A DNA stretch of 64,000 nt from Actinomycetales bacterium. GTDB lineage: Bacteria; Actinomycetota; Actinomycetes; S36-B12; UBA5976. The stretch spans positions 77,921 through 141,920 of the forward strand of contig JAGWXT010000004.1 in NCBI GenBank assembly GCA_018969715.1, given 5' to 3'. The notes beneath the pieces are model-generated. The model was not told the DNA's origin and ran no database searches. It saw only the letters and a program-made list of their open reading frames with translations. The stretch's first letter is position 1. Every line of letters starts with the position of its first letter. A program made the translations under genes and the position numbers. Below are positions 35,820 to 48,142 of this stretch, piece after piece.

Positions 35820-37431
35820 CGACATTCCTCCTGCCGCGTTGTGGTGGGCGAGCCCCAGCGGCCCGCCCATCGGAGGTTGCGGTGGGCACCCGCCCGGCGT
35901 CGACGCCGAGCCATGGGCCCCCTCGCTCGAAGATGCGACGTCGCACGAGCAGGGCGGTCAGTGGTCGGCTGAACATGAAGGCCACGATCACGTCGACGAT
36001 TGTCGTCAGGCCGAGGGTGAAGGCGAATCCGCGCACGCTGCCGACGCTGAGCACGTACAGCACGCCCGCCGCCAGCAGTGAGACGAAGTCGGCGGCCAGC
36101 AGGGTCCGGCGCGCTCGCAACCAGCCCACGTCGGCCGCCACGCGCAGGCTCTTGCCCTCGCGAACCTCATCACGGATCCGCTCGAAGTAGACGACGAAGG
36201 AGTCGGCGGTGATGCCGATGGCGACGATGACGCCCGCGACACCGGCGAGGGTCAGGGTGAAGCCGAGCGTTCGGCTCAGCACCACGATGGCGGCGTAGGT
36301 GAGGATCCCCGCAGTGAGCAGGCTCAGCACGGCGACCGTGCCGAGGACGCGATAGTAGGCGATGAGATAGATCGCCACCAGCAGCAGGCCCAGGCCACCG
36401 GCCAGCAGTCCGGCACGCAGCTGGTCCTCTCCCAGCGTCGCACTGACCGTTGTCACCTCCGCGATCTCGAGGGTCACCGGCAGCGCCCCGTACTTGAGCA
36501 CCTGTGCGAGCTCCTTTGCGCTCTCGACGGTGAAATCGCCGTCGATCTGCGCGGAACCACCGATGATCGGCTCGCGGAAGTACGGGGAGGAGACCACCAG
36601 CCCGTCGAGGACGATGGCGAACTGGTTGCGCGGCGGTGGATTCGCGTACAGCCGGGTGGAGGCCTCACTGAGCTTGCGCGAGCCAGCGGAGTCGAAGTCC
36701 AGGGTGACAACCCACCCGCCGACACCCTGCTGCGGCAGCTGCGCGGCCGCATCGGTGACCTCTGTGCCGGTGATGAACGCCGGCTCGAGCAGGTACTGGG
36801 CCGAGCCGTCCTTGGCACAGGTGAGGGCGTACTTCGTCGGATCGGCCGGGACACCTCCCTGCCGCACAGCCGGGTCCAGGCAGTTGAGGGTGCCGAAGAG
36901 GGGCTGCAGCTCCTCGGCCGTGTCAGCGGTGATCGGCACCTCATCGGCCGAGGGCGCTGGCGCCGTCGGCGATGGGCTGGCGCCGGGCGCCTGCGGGCCG
37001 AGCGTTGCCGGGGGGGTCACCGGGGCCTGGGGTGCACCACCTGTGACCTCGAGTACGGGGCGGAAGTCGAGCAGGGCCGTCTGCTTGAGGGACTCAGCGA
37101 TCCGCTGCTGGTTCACCCCTGGCACGGCGACAACGATGGAGGCGTTCTCCCCGGCCCCCTGAACGGTGACCTCGGCCTCCGCAACGCCGAAGCCGTCGAC
37201 GCGCTGTCGGATGATCTCCACGGTCTGCTGGAGCTGCTCAGGACCGAGTGCGCCCTCCTGACCGGGAACGGGGGTGGGCAGGAGAATGACCTGGGTGCCG
37301 CCGCGCAGGTCCAGCCCGAGCCGGGGGAAGGGGCTCGTGCCCGGCCACAGTGCCCACGCGACCAGACCGCTGGTGACGATCAGCAGCGCCAGCAGGGGTC
37401 GCCATGGATGGGAGCGACCTACCGGAGCCAT
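35803..37431 (-). CDS. secD: protein translocase subunit SecD
   Basis: LGLDLRGG, IIRQRVDGFGVAE, AIVLDG, LKYGALP, ITADSFVVYFERIRDE motifs. Confidence 0.95.
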   Translation of the reverse strand: MAPVGRSHPWRPLLALLIVTSGLVAWALWPGTSPFPRLGLDLRGGTQVILLPTPVPGQEGALGPEQLQQTVEIIRQRVDGFGVAEAEVTVQGAGENASIVVAVPGVNQQRIAESLKQTALLDFRPVLEVTGGAPQAPVTPPATLGPQAPGASPSPTAPAPSADEVPITADTAEELQPLFGTLNCLDPAVRQGGVPADPTKYALTCAKDGSAQYLLEPAFITGTEVTDAAAQLPQQGVGGWVVTLDFDSAGSRKLSEASTRLYANPPPRNQFAIVLDGLVVSSPYFREPIIGGSAQIDGDFTVESAKELAQVLKYGALPVTLEIAEVTTVSATLGEDQLRAGLLAGGLGLLLVAIYLIAYYRVLGTVAVLSLLTAGILTYAAIVVLSRTLGFTLTLAGVAGVIVAIGITADSFVVYFERIRDEVREGKSLRVAADVGWLRARRTLLAADFVSLLAAGVLYVLSVGSVRGFAFTLGLTTIVDVIVAFMFSRPLTALLVRRRIFERGGPWLGVDAGRVPTATSDGRAAGARPPQRGRRNVDVPAG

Positions 37432-37494
37432 GTGTCCGCCCGTATCACAGCGGGCTGCCGGCTCGGGTCAACTCGTGGCGCCGGCACCCGTTGC

Positions 37495-37803
37495 TCAGGA
37501 CGCGCCGGTGCCGGCATCATCGGCCTCGTCATCCACCAGCCGCGCCGCCGGCTCCAGGATCTTCACCACGGCCGCCTTCACCGCAACGGCGGTGACCCCC
37601 GGCGAGAGGGAGACCTCCACCCGGTCGTCGATGACATCGAGGACGGTGACGATGAAGCCACTTGCGAGCATGACCGTCGCACCCGGGCCGAGGGCCGCCT
37701 CGAGGGCCGCCTGCTCCCGCTTGCGACGCATACTCGGACGGATGATCAGCAGGTACGCGACCGCCGCGAGCAGCGCGAACATGACAAGGGTTGTGGTGTC
37801 CAT
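37495..37803 (-). CDS. yajC: preprotein translocase subunit YajC
   Basis: N-terminal TM, LIIRP..RKR, LGPGATVMLASG; directly upstream of secD. Confidence 0.85.
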   Translation of the reverse strand: MDTTTLVMFALLAAVAYLLIIRPSMRRKREQAALEAALGPGATVMLASGFIVTVLDVIDDRVEVSLSPGVTAVAVKAAVVKILEPAARLVDDEADDAGTGAS

Positions 37804-37810
37804 GATCGGG

Positions 37811-38896
37811 TCAGCCTAGCCCGTGGGTGGCCGCATCCTCGTGCCCCGGCTCCGCCGTATCCCAGGGCAGCGGCTCGGCGGCCTGTCCGATCCCCGCACC
37901 CCATCGGCCGACACCGGACGGCAGGGGCAGTCCGAGGTGTTCATAGGTGCCGGCGGTTGCCACCCGGCCTCGCGGGGTCCGCTCGAGCAGGCCCGCGCGC
38001 ACCAGGTAGGGCTCGCTCACCTCAGCAACAGTCTGCTGCTCCTCGCCGACAGCGACAGCAAGCGTGGACAGCCCCACCGGTCCACCGCCGAAGCGCGCCA
38101 CCAGCGCCCGCAGCAGCGCCCGGTCAAGATGATCCAGGCCCCGCTGGTCGATGTCGAACAGGCGGAGGGCCTGTTCGGCGACATAGGTGTCGATGTGCCC
38201 ATTGCCGTGAACCTCGGCATAGTCGCGCACCCGGCGCAGCAGCCGGTTGGCGATCCGTGGCGTGCCGCGGCTGCGAGCGGCGATGAGCGCCCCGGCGGCC
38301 GGCGCGCACGGCACCCCGAGCAGTCCAGCCGAGCGCTCGACGATGCGCTCGAGGTCGGCCGGCTCGTAGAAGTCGAGATGGGCAGTGAAGCCGAAACGAT
38401 CCCGCAGCGGGCTGGGCAGCAGTCCGGCACGCGTGGTGGCACCGACGAGGGTGAAGGCGGGCAGCGCCAGGGGAATCGCCGTCGCACCGGCTCCCTTACC
38501 GATGACGACGTCGACTCGCAGGTCCTCCATCGCGACGTACAGCATCTCCTCAACCGGCCGGGCGAGCCGATGCACCTCGTCCACGAAGAGCACCTCACCC
38601 TCCAGCAGCGAGGTGAGGACCGCCGCCATGTCGCCGGCATGCTGGATGGCCGGGCCGCTGGTGATCCGAATCGGCACGCCCAACTCCTCAGCCACGATGG
38701 CCGCCAAGGTGGTCTTGCCCAGACCGGGCGGGCCGGCGAGCAGGACATGATCGGCCGCCCGGCCACGGGCACGCGCTGCAGCCAGCACCAGCCCAAGCTG
38801 CTCCCGCACTCGACGCTGGCCGATGAACTCACCGAGGCGGCGCGGCCGCAGCGCCGCCTCGTGACGTCGCTCCTCGGCATCGGCCTGAGCGGTCAC
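37811..38896 (-). CDS. ruvB: Holliday junction helicase RuvB
   Basis: [53 protein letters not shown] motifs. Confidence 0.96.
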   Translation of the reverse strand: MTAQADAEERRHEAALRPRRLGEFIGQRRVREQLGLVLAAARARGRAADHVLLAGPPGLGKTTLAAIVAEELGVPIRITSGPAIQHAGDMAAVLTSLLEGEVLFVDEVHRLARPVEEMLYVAMEDLRVDVVIGKGAGATAIPLALPAFTLVGATTRAGLLPSPLRDRFGFTAHLDFYEPADLERIVERSAGLLGVPCAPAAGALIAARSRGTPRIANRLLRRVRDYAEVHGNGHIDTYVAEQALRLFDIDQRGLDHLDRALLRALVARFGGGPVGLSTLAVAVGEEQQTVAEVSEPYLVRAGLLERTPRGRVATAGTYEHLGLPLPSGVGRWGAGIGQAAEPLPWDTAEPGHEDAATHGLG

Positions 38897-39483
38897 GGTC
38901 GGCCACCGAGGATCCGCAGACAGGCCCGCAGCCCGGCCGCAGCGTCGATGACGGCGCCGGGCTCCTCGGACTGGACCCGCGCAAGTGCCTCCTCGGCCTG
39001 TCCCGCGGGCCAGCCGAGGGTGACCAGCCCGGCGAGGACGTCGGCCTGCCAATCCGTGGCAGCCACCACCGCAGGTGACGGGGGTGGCGCGAGCCGATCA
39101 GAAAGCTCCAGCACGATCCGACCGGCACCCTTGCGTCCGATCCCCGGCACCCGCGTGAGGGGACCGGGGTCCGCACCTGCGATGGCCGCCCGGAGTCCGG
39201 ACGCGCCGAGCACCGACACCGCCGCCAGCGCCGTCCGGGGTCCGACCCCGCTGACGCCGAGGAGCGCCTCGAAGACGATGCGCTCCTCGTCATCGGAGAA
39301 TCCGAAGAGCGTCCAACCGTCCTCCCGGGTGACCAGCGAGGTCGCGAGGGTGACCGGCTGGTCGAGGCTGGCATGGGCGACAGCGGAGGCCGACGGCAGT
39401 ACCCGCAGACCCACCCCGCCGACATCGATGACGATCGCCTCCGCCGACACCTGCCGCACGATTCCCCGCACGAATGAGATCAC
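38893..39483 (-). CDS. ruvA: Holliday junction branch migration protein RuvA
   Basis: [36 protein letters not shown] motifs. Confidence 0.94.
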   Translation of the reverse strand: MISFVRGIVRQVSAEAIVIDVGGVGLRVLPSASAVAHASLDQPVTLATSLVTREDGWTLFGFSDDEERIVFEALLGVSGVGPRTALAAVSVLGASGLRAAIAGADPGPLTRVPGIGRKGAGRIVLELSDRLAPPPSPAVVAATDWQADVLAGLVTLGWPAGQAEEALARVQSEEPGAVIDAAAGLRACLRILGGRP

Positions 39484-39499
39484 TGACGCACCCCTGAGA

Positions 39500-39991
39500 T
39501 CATCGACGCACTCCGACCGGGCCGGATCGCCAGATGTGGCAGATCGCCAGCGCCATCGCATCGGCGGCGTCGGCTGGCTGCGGTCGCTGCTGCAGGTCCA
39601 GCAGACGCATCACCATGCGGGTGACCTGATCCTTATTCGCACGTCCATGCCCCGTGACCGATGCCTTCACCTCGGTCGGAGTGTGCGAGCCCAGCGGCAG
39701 GCCACGTCGCTGGGCGCAGACCATGACCAGCCCGGCCACCTGCGCGGTCCCCATCACCGAGCGCACGTTCTGCTGGCTGAAGACCTCCTCCACCGCCACC
39801 GCATCCGGGTGGTGGACCTCAACCAGCGCATTGAGCTCTTCCCAGATCTGGAGCAGCCGCTGTGGGTGGTGCGCCGTTGCGCTTGAGGTGAGGACGACGG
39901 AGGCGACCAAGCGCGGTGACCGTCCCCGATCACCGTCCACCACCGCCACCCCGCAGCGCGTGAGACCCGGATCGACTCCGAGGACCCGCAC
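39500..39991 (-). CDS. ruvC: crossover junction endodeoxyribonuclease RuvC
   Basis: VLGVDPGLTRCG, AVEEVF, TPTEVK, GRANKDQV, DAADAMALAICH motifs. Confidence 0.95.
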   Translation of the reverse strand: MRVLGVDPGLTRCGVAVVDGDRGRSPRLVASVVLTSSATAHHPQRLLQIWEELNALVEVHHPDAVAVEEVFSQQNVRSVMGTAQVAGLVMVCAQRRGLPLGSHTPTEVKASVTGHGRANKDQVTRMVMRLLDLQQRPQPADAADAMALAICHIWRSGPVGVRR

Positions 39992-40125
39992 CACCGCCTC
40001 CTCTCTCACCGGCGCAGCCGGTCGCCAGTGGGCTCGCCGTCCGGGGGCTCGCCGGTTCGGGGCACGTCGCGAGGCAGCCATCGCACAGATGTTCGACGCT
40101 ACCGCTGCTCCCACCTCCCGAACCG

Positions 40126-41541
40126 TCACCGCTGCGGAGTGTCGTCCGCCGGTTCGGCTGACGCACCTGCCCGTCCGGTGAGGTGCGCAGCGGCCCGGGC
40201 CAGCAGGGCACCGGGGTCGACGCCGACACCGGAGTGGACCGCGCACCCGAGGCGCGCCTGCCCCGCATAGGTGAGCAGCCCAACCGAGATGCCCGAGCCA
40301 AGGGGCGGCACCAGCGGCTGGACGGAGACAACCCGCCGGCCGAGCAGATGCACAGGGGCAGCCGGCCCCCGGACGTTGCTCACGGTCAGATCCGCTCCCC
40401 CGGCCAGTTGCGCGAGGACCCCCACGGGAATGACGGCGCCGGCAGCTGCCAGCCACTCCGCCACGTCCGGGAGCACACTGGTCCGCCACCGGTGGACCTG
40501 CGCCGCTGCCTCGCCCGCGAGGTCAGCGCACCACTGCGCCGGCGACCCCGCCGTACCCGGGTGCAGGACCAGTCGGGCAGCGGTGAGGTGATTGCCAGCC
40601 TCACCTGCGGCGCGGGACGGCAGCCGAATGGGAACGTTCACCGTCGTCGCACTCCCCGCCGTGAGTTCCCATGCCGAGACGGTCACTGCTGCGATGAGCA
40701 GGTCGTTGAGGCGCCGTACTCGGCCTTCGTCGCCAACGCTGCGCAGTCGTTCGACCGCCTCCCGGATCTCCGCCAGGGGCACCACCGTGGTCGCGCGGAC
40801 GCTGCCCGCACTCCCCACCGGCCAGGGGCGGCTGACCGGTGGGCGCTGCCCAGTGAGGATGCGCCAGTGATCCGCGCGCGCACACGCCTGCTGGGTCGCC
40901 GCGATCGGGTCATCGCGCAGCATCCGCAGCGCCTGCTGGCCGGTGGCGAGCAGTCCGGGCAACCAGGTGAGCGGATCCGACTGCATCCCCCGGCCCGGCC
41001 GACCGGCCCCGTCGTCATCGGGCTGGGCGGATATCCCCTCATCGGTCAGCCCGAGGACGGTCTGGAGTGCCCCGTGTGCATCCGTCAGGGCATGGTTGAA
41101 CCAGACGATCAGGCCGTGACAGGGTTTCCGGCCATCACCGCCGTATCGCCGGGCAGGCCCCGCCGGTATCGGGGGGCCACTGCCGACAACGCACATCCCC
41201 CAGGGGCCGGGGTCACCGGGGTCGGTGAGCACGCGCTCGAGCAGGTCATCGGCCGCAACCATGATCCCGTCGGCGCCGGCATCCGGAACGATGCGGGCAG
41301 TGACCCGCTCAGCGAGCGGAGTGTCGTCATCGATGCGCTGCGGCAGGCCGGACCGCCCGGACTCGACCAGCCGCGAGCGGAGAACCGGCAGTCCAGCACG
41401 TCGCTGCGCGACCCGTGCCCGCAGCGCTGCCGGGTCGATCGCACCGTCGCACAGCAGCACCGCAGCCACGGGTGCACGCCAGCGGCGGTCGACGCGAGCC
41501 AGCCGCCAGGCCGCGGCATCCCAGCCGCCGACAGCAGCCAC
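40126..41541 (-). CDS. wax ester synthase / DGAT family acyltransferase, divergent
   Basis: WDAAAW start, NHALTDAHG at the HHxxxDG position, LNDL, VPI, GNH, VSNVRGP and SVGLLTYAG C-terminal motifs. Confidence 0.75.
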   Translation of the reverse strand: MAAVGGWDAAAWRLARVDRRWRAPVAAVLLCDGAIDPAALRARVAQRRAGLPVLRSRLVESGRSGLPQRIDDDTPLAERVTARIVPDAGADGIMVAADDLLERVLTDPGDPGPWGMCVVGSGPPIPAGPARRYGGDGRKPCHGLIVWFNHALTDAHGALQTVLGLTDEGISAQPDDDGAGRPGRGMQSDPLTWLPGLLATGQQALRMLRDDPIAATQQACARADHWRILTGQRPPVSRPWPVGSAGSVRATTVVPLAEIREAVERLRSVGDEGRVRRLNDLLIAAVTVSAWELTAGSATTVNVPIRLPSRAAGEAGNHLTAARLVLHPGTAGSPAQWCADLAGEAAAQVHRWRTSVLPDVAEWLAAAGAVIPVGVLAQLAGGADLTVSNVRGPAAPVHLLGRRVVSVQPLVPPLGSGISVGLLTYAGQARLGCAVHSGVGVDPGALLARAAAHLTGRAGASAEPADDTPQR

Positions 41542-41556
41542 GGCGGCGAACCCGGC

Positions 41557-42306
41557 TCAGCCGAGGCGGGCGAGGACGTCGTCGGTGACGTCGAGATTGG
41601 TCCACACGTTCTGGACATCGTCGCAGTCCTCGAGTGCCTCGATCAGTCGGATCACCCGACCAGCGGACTGGTCATCGCAGGGCACACTCAGCGATGGCAG
41701 GAACGAGGCCTCAGCTGAGGTGTACTCGAGGGCGTGGGCCTGCAGTGCCGCGCGAACCGCCAGCAGGTCACCGGGAGCGCAGATGATCTCCCAGGCCTCG
41801 CCGATGTCGTCGACGGACTCCGCGCCGGCATCGAGGACGGCCGCCAGCAGTTCATCCTCCGCCACCTGGGATCGCTCGATCAGGACCACTCCCTTGCGGG
41901 TGAACAGGTACGCCACCGATCCGGGATCGGCCATCGAGCCGCCATTGCGGGTCATGGCCAGCCGGACCTCCCCCGCAGCGCGATTGCGGTTGTCGGTGAG
42001 GCACTCGATGAGCACGGCGACACCGGCCGGGCCGTAACCCTCGTACATGACGACCTGGTAGTCGGAGCCACCTGCCTCGCGACCCGCCCCCCGCGCGACG
42101 GCGCGCTCGATGGTGTCAACCGGAACGGAGTTCTTGCGGGCCTTCTGGATCGCATCGAACAGTGTGGGATTGCCTGCCGGATCGGGGCCGCCGACCCGGG
42201 CAGCCACCTCGACCGCCTTGATCAGCTTGGCGAACAGCGTGCCCCGACGGGCATCGAGGACCGCCTTCTTGTGCTTGGTGGTCGCCCACTTGGAGTGCCC
42301 GGACAT
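41557..42306 (-). CDS. YebC/PmpR family protein
   Basis: [34 protein letters not shown] motifs. Confidence 0.95.
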   Translation of the reverse strand: MSGHSKWATTKHKKAVLDARRGTLFAKLIKAVEVAARVGGPDPAGNPTLFDAIQKARKNSVPVDTIERAVARGAGREAGGSDYQVVMYEGYGPAGVAVLIECLTDNRNRAAGEVRLAMTRNGGSMADPGSVAYLFTRKGVVLIERSQVAEDELLAAVLDAGAESVDDIGEAWEIICAPGDLLAVRAALQAHALEYTSAEASFLPSLSVPCDDQSAGRVIRLIEALEDCDDVQNVWTNLDVTDDVLARLG

Positions 42307-42316
42307 CGCTCCCGCC

Positions 42317-42996
42317 CTACCCGACGCCCAGCGGCACGGCAGCCGCGGGCACCTGCGGTGCGGCGGCACCCGCCGCGCCGGCCCCGGTCGACGTGCCTGA
42401 TGGGGCCGTGCACCGGCCCAGCAGCAACGCATGCACCCGGTCATCGGCGGTGAGCTCCGGGTGGAAGGACGTGCCGATCACCGCGCCCTGGCGCACCATG
42501 ACCGCCCGCGGGTGACCGTCGGCGTCGGCGACGTGGGCGAGCACCTCCACCTGTGGGCCGACCGACTCCAGCCAGGGCGCACGAATGAACACCCCGGGGA
42601 ACGCCACCGGGCCGAGGACGGCGATGTCCACGGGACGCTCGAAGGAGGCAACCTGCCGGCCGAAGGCATTGCGGCGGACGACGACGTCGAGCACGCCGCA
42701 GACATGCTGATCGGGGCGACCGTCCAGCACCTGACGCGCGAGGACGATCAGCCCCGCGCAGGTGGCGAGGGCCGGCAGCCCGGCCCGCAACTCCCCGGCA
42801 AGTGGCTGCGCCAGCCCCTCGCGGACGAGGAGCATGCTCACGGTCGTCGACTCGCCCCCGGGCAGGACGATCCCTGCCAACCCGCGCAGGTCAGCCGGTG
42901 AGCGGACGGCGACGGTGCGCGCACCGCAGCGCTCAAGTGCCTGGGCGTGCTCGCGCACATCGCCCTGCAGGGCGAGCACGCCGACCCGCGGGCGGC

Positions 42997-43000
<4 letters not shown>
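42317..43000 (-). CDS. pdxT: PLP synthase glutaminase subunit
   Basis: GVLALQG, PGGESTT, TCAG, RNAFGRQ, FIRAP, FHPELT motifs. Confidence 0.95.
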
Positions 43001-43938
<938 letters not shown>

Positions 43939-43988
43939 CCCACGAGCGTACGACCACCCGCCGCCGGCGGCAGATCTGCCGGGCCATG

Positions 43989-44033
43989 TCAGTCGACACC
44001 TCAGTCGACACCTCAGCCGACACCTCAGCCGAC
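43989..44033. repeat. ~4 x 12-bp tandem repeat containing the stop codon of the upstream minus-strand gene
   Basis: TCAG(T/C)CGACACC starts at 43989, 44001, 44013 and 44025 (last copy partial). Confidence 0.9.
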
Positions 44034-44675
44034 CGAGGTGCGCGCCAGTCCCTCGGCGATATCCGTGCGCAGCAGGACCGCCCTGGGGTACGGGGCGTAA
44101 CCGGCCAGCCGCAGCAGTCGGGTCACGCGACGGTCGCGCATCCGCTGGCAGGAGGCGACTGCGTCATCGTGGAAGGTGACGCAGTAGGAGAAGCGACGGC
44201 AGGCGCTGGCCAGCGCCTGGGTGGCCGCAGCCGCGGGGCCGCCGGCTGCCGGGGCCGCCACGGACGAGGGGAACCCTGCCACCAGCGCTGCCGTCAGCGC
44301 GTCCTCGCGAGCCCAGTCAATAGCCGTCCAGTCAGGAGCCGTCGACTCACTTCCGGGCCACTCAGCGGACACCCCGGGCACCGTCGAGCAGCTCCCCGGA
44401 GCAGTCCCGCCGAGTGCGCGGTCGGCTGCGGGGGATCCCGTCCACCAGCGCGAGCCGTCCGCCAGCGACGCCAGGGCGGATGGGGCTCTCGAGGGCGGCT
44501 GGACGGCCAACCAGGTCCGCACGGCACGCCAGCGCTCAGCGCGCGCCGCGATGAGGGCCAGCCGCGCATGGTCGACCTTCAGGTGCAGTCGATCAAGTCG
44601 GGCCGCGGTCTGACTGAGGTAGACCGCACACACCGCAAGGAGGACGACCGCGAGGGTAAGCCAGGACGACCACAT
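44025..44675 (-). CDS. LemA-like conserved protein typically downstream of pimA
   Basis: N-terminal [29 protein letters not shown]. Confidence 0.75.
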   Translation of the reverse strand: MWSSWLTLAVVLLAVCAVYLSQTAARLDRLHLKVDHARLALIAARAERWRAVRTWLAVQPPSRAPSALASLADGSRWWTGSPAADRALGGTAPGSCSTVPGVSAEWPGSESTAPDWTAIDWAREDALTAALVAGFPSSVAAPAAGGPAAAATQALASACRRFSYCVTFHDDAVASCQRMRDRRVTRLLRLAGYAPYPRAVLLRTDIAEGLARTSVG

Positions 44676-45973
44676 CAGCGGACCGTCCGCCGGGCCTGGC
44701 GGTGGGTGCGTCGACCGGTGGGGCTGACCCGACCGTAGAGCTGGCCCCGCAGGTCCTCCTGTACTCCGCCACCGAGGGTCATCACCGATGCGTAGACGTC
44801 GAGGATCTGCCCGGTGACAACCGACCAGTCGAACCCGAGGACACGCTGCCGCCCGGCGGCGATGCGTGCGGTCCGCCCCCGCACATCGCTGAGCGCAAGG
44901 TTCAGCCCGCGAGCGAGGGCGGCCGGCTCGCCCACCGGGACGAGCAGCCCGCACCGCCCGCCGTCGAGAACGTCCCGGAAGGCGGGCAGGTCGGACGCAA
45001 CGATCCCGGCGCCGGCGGCCATCGCCTCGAGCAGGACGATCCCGAACGACTCCCGACCGGTGTTCGGCGCGACGTAGATCGTCGCGGACGCGAACAGGGC
45101 GGCCTTCTCGGCATCGGACACCTCACCGAGCCACTGCACTCGATGGGCCCAGCGCTGGTCGAGGTGGCTGGGCACGTCTCCGGGATCCCCGGGACCGGCG
45201 ATCTGGACGGTGAGCGCGGGATGACCGGCCAGGACCTCGGGCAGCGCCGCCATAAGCACTCCCAGCCCCTTGCGCGGCTCATCAAGGCGGCCGAGGAAGA
45301 GGATGCGCAACGCCCCCGTCCCCCCGTCAGTCGCCCGATGGGGCGCCGGCCCATCGGACGCGGGCCCCGCGGGCCTGCGGACCCGGCAGTCGGGTGTGTC
45401 GGCACCACCGGCGGCGAAGTGCGCGATGGTGACCCCATTGGGAATGACCACCGACTGTGCCCCCAGATGCGTCAGCAGGGTCACCCGGGCCTGGGCGCTC
45501 ACCGCGATCCGGGCGGTCACCTTGTCGAGGGCGGTGCGGATGAGCGGGCTGAAGGTGCGCATCAGGGTGGCGTACTCGTGGCTGGCGTGGAAGGTGGCCA
45601 CGATCGGACCGGTGGCGCACCAGCAGGCAATGCCGGCAAGGCTCGGGCTTGCCGGCTCATGAACATGGAGCAGATCGAAGCGGCCCGCGCGGAGCCACTC
45701 CCGGGTGCGGCTGAAGGCGCTGGGATCGAAGGCGATCCGGGCAACCGAGCCGTTGAAGGGCACGCCCACCGGCGACCCGGCTGCCACCACCCCGGTCGGC
45801 AGTGAGAGGTGATCCGATGCCGGCGTGAGGATGGTCACCTCGTTCCCGCGCACCCGCAACTGCTCGGAGAGGTCGGCAATGTGCTGGCGGACACCACCGG
45901 GCACGCTCCAGTCGTAGGGACACACCATGCCGATGCGCAGACCACCGGCAGGCTCACCCCGGGGGCTGCTCAT
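44675..45973 (-). CDS. pimA: phosphatidylinositol alpha-mannosyltransferase (GT4)
   Basis: IGMVCPYDWSVPGGV, HVHEP, ATFH, LGRLDEPRKG, ESFGIVLLEAMAAG; pgsA-patA-pimA context. Confidence 0.9.
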   Translation of the reverse strand: MSSPRGEPAGGLRIGMVCPYDWSVPGGVRQHIADLSEQLRVRGNEVTILTPASDHLSLPTGVVAAGSPVGVPFNGSVARIAFDPSAFSRTREWLRAGRFDLLHVHEPASPSLAGIACWCATGPIVATFHASHEYATLMRTFSPLIRTALDKVTARIAVSAQARVTLLTHLGAQSVVIPNGVTIAHFAAGGADTPDCRVRRPAGPASDGPAPHRATDGGTGALRILFLGRLDEPRKGLGVLMAALPEVLAGHPALTVQIAGPGDPGDVPSHLDQRWAHRVQWLGEVSDAEKAALFASATIYVAPNTGRESFGIVLLEAMAAGAGIVASDLPAFRDVLDGGRCGLLVPVGEPAALARGLNLALSDVRGRTARIAAGRQRVLGFDWSVVTGQILDVYASVMTLGGGVQEDLRGQLYGRVSPTGRRTHRQARRTVR

Positions 45974-46947
45974 AGCAGGACAGTGTCGCCGATGTCGCGC
46001 GCCCGTCGCTCGTGCCCGTCGCGCGTGCCCGGGTCAACGGTGCCGGCGGTCCAGATGGGCTGCATCATGTGCCAGTCCGCGGGATGGGCGACGATGGCGC
46101 GCTCCAGTGCCCGCGCGAGGGCGGCAGTCACGGCCGAGACCCGCGTGGGTCGCTGGCTCCCGGCCGGTGCGCCACCCGGGAGCCCGGGATCGATCGGCGG
46201 GTAAAGCCTCGCCTCGGCGCGGTCATCGCTGTACCACAGGCCGACGGGGATCAGCACTCCGCCCGTGGCGCAGGCCAGCGCCGCCGGCCCAGTGGGGAGT
46301 GAAGCGGGCGCGCCGAGGAAGTCCAGTCGCACCCCCGAGCCGGTGAGATCGCGATCGGCGACCAGGGCCACCGGCTGACCGGAGCGTGCCCGCGCCAGCA
46401 GCGTTCGCAGGACGGCAGGACCACCATCGTGCGGCAGCACCTCAATGCCCAGACCCTCCCGAAAGGCCGTGAACACCTCGTAGGCGCGAGGCGGGTGCAG
46501 CCGCTCGGCAATCGTTGTCAGCCGCACGCCGCGCTGGGTCAGCCAGCGGGCGAGCAGGTCCCAGTTGCCCTGATGGGGCAGGGCGAGGACGACGGGCCGA
46601 CCGTCGCGCAGCGCATCGGTGAGGTGGTGGCTGTCGTGCAGGAACGCTCGCGTGTCCACCTCCGCTGATCCCCAGTGGGGCAGGGTGATGACCTCCGACC
46701 AGTACCGCAGATAGGAGCGCAGGGCCGCGCGCGTGAGGCGGTCAACCGCAGCGGGGTCGTCAGCCGAGGGGTCTCCGGCGAACCTCAGGGCCCGCTCCAT
46801 GGCCGTTCGCAGTCGACCGACACCGTCCCCGCCCCGCGACCAGACCGTCCCCGCGACCGCCGCGGCGGCGCGTCGGGTCACCCCTTGGGGGAGCGCATCG
46901 ATCACCGCCCCCACCCACCGGTGGCCGAGCAGCACCGATGTACCCAC
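45970..46947 (-). CDS. phosphatidylinositol mannoside acyltransferase (PatA-like)
   Basis: SYLRYWSE, LALPHQGNWD, AERL, LVADRDL, HPADWHMMQPIW motifs. Confidence 0.88.
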   Translation of the reverse strand: MGTSVLLGHRWVGAVIDALPQGVTRRAAAAVAGTVWSRGGDGVGRLRTAMERALRFAGDPSADDPAAVDRLTRAALRSYLRYWSEVITLPHWGSAEVDTRAFLHDSHHLTDALRDGRPVVLALPHQGNWDLLARWLTQRGVRLTTIAERLHPPRAYEVFTAFREGLGIEVLPHDGGPAVLRTLLARARSGQPVALVADRDLTGSGVRLDFLGAPASLPTGPAALACATGGVLIPVGLWYSDDRAEARLYPPIDPGLPGGAPAGSQRPTRVSAVTAALARALERAIVAHPADWHMMQPIWTAGTVDPGTRDGHERRARDIGDTVLL

Positions 46948-47570
46948 TACCGCTCCGGCAGGCCGGATGGACTGTGCAACTGCCGGCGCACCACGATGAT
47001 GCGCTGCCCGATCGTCACCATCCCCAGGACGGTGAGCAGTGCGAGGGCCAGTGGCAGCGCCCAGTCGATTCCCAGCGCGGCCCCCAGCAATGCCAGCAGG
47101 ACGATCAGCACCCGTTCGGCGCGCTCCGCGACGCCGACATCAGCGGTGGCACCGAGGGATTCGGCACGGGCCTTCGTGTACGAGGTGACCTGGCCCATCA
47201 GCAGGGCAGCAACGGCGAGGCCGGCGAGCAGCGACTGATCCGTTCGGGCGAAGTACAGGGCGATTCCGCCGAGCACCGCGCCATCGCTGATGCGATCGAC
47301 AACGGAGTCGAGAAAGGCCCCCCAGCGACTGGTTCGCCCGCTGAGGCGGGCCATGGTCCCATCGAGCAGGTCACCGGCCGACAGCAGCGCGATGAGCAGC
47401 AATCCCCACCCGAATCGGCCGAACGGCAGGGTTGCCAGAGCCGCCAGCGAGACCCCCGCCGCCCCGAGCACGCTCACGGCGTTGGGCCCGAGGCCCAGCT
47501 GCAGCAGCGCCCGCGCAACCGGCTCCGCCCCCGCCGCTGCCAAGCGGCGAACCCGCGGGCGGTTCAGCAT
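46947..47570 (-). CDS. pgsA: CDP-alcohol phosphatidyltransferase (phosphatidylinositol phosphate synthase)
   Basis: PNAVS, DLLDGTMAR..WGAFLDSVVDRISD, SYTKARAE motifs. Confidence 0.9.
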   Translation of the reverse strand: MLNRPRVRRLAAAGAEPVARALLQLGLGPNAVSVLGAAGVSLAALATLPFGRFGWGLLLIALLSAGDLLDGTMARLSGRTSRWGAFLDSVVDRISDGAVLGGIALYFARTDQSLLAGLAVAALLMGQVTSYTKARAESLGATADVGVAERAERVLIVLLALLGAALGIDWALPLALALLTVLGMVTIGQRIIVVRRQLHSPSGLPER

Positions 47571-48142
47571 GACTGCCATTCGGCGGCAAGCAGGTCGCGG
47601 GTGTCGGAGAGCACCTGGGCCATCGCCTTGGTGCCCGACACCACCGGCATGAAGTTCGTGTCACCACCCCACCGGGGGACGACGTGCTGGTGAAGGTGGC
47701 CGGCGATCCCGGCACCGGCCACCCGGCCCTGGTTCATCCCGATATTGAAGCCGTGCGCCATCGTGGCAACCCGCAGGGTGCGCATCGACTCCTTGGTCAG
47801 GGTCGCGACGTCGGCTGTCTCATCGGCGGTGAGGTCGGGGTACTCGCCGACATGCCGGTACGGGCAGACCATGAGGTGACCGGGGTTGTAGGGGTAGAGG
47901 TTGAGCACGACGAAGGCGTGCCGACCGCGCGCGACGACGAGGGATTCGTCATCGGCCAGCGCCGGCACCCGGCAGAACGGGCATTGGTCCCCCGCCTCGT
48001 CATCGGCCGGCCGGTTCTCCCCCCGCAGGTAGGCCAGTCGGTGCGGCGTCCACAGCCGATCCCAGCCATCGGGGACGGCGACCCCCGCGCGCTCGATCCG
48101 CTCACCGGCGCGACCATCCCAGTCCGCCTCGGGAACCGTCAC
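47564..48142 (-). CDS. HIT family protein (Ap4A phosphorylase-like)
   Basis: [30 protein letters not shown] motifs. Confidence 0.92.
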   Translation of the reverse strand: MTVPEADWDGRAGERIERAGVAVPDGWDRLWTPHRLAYLRGENRPADDEAGDQCPFCRVPALADDESLVVARGRHAFVVLNLYPYNPGHLMVCPYRHVGEYPDLTADETADVATLTKESMRTLRVATMAHGFNIGMNQGRVAGAGIAGHLHQHVVPRWGGDTNFMPVVSGTKAMAQVLSDTRDLLAAEWQSC

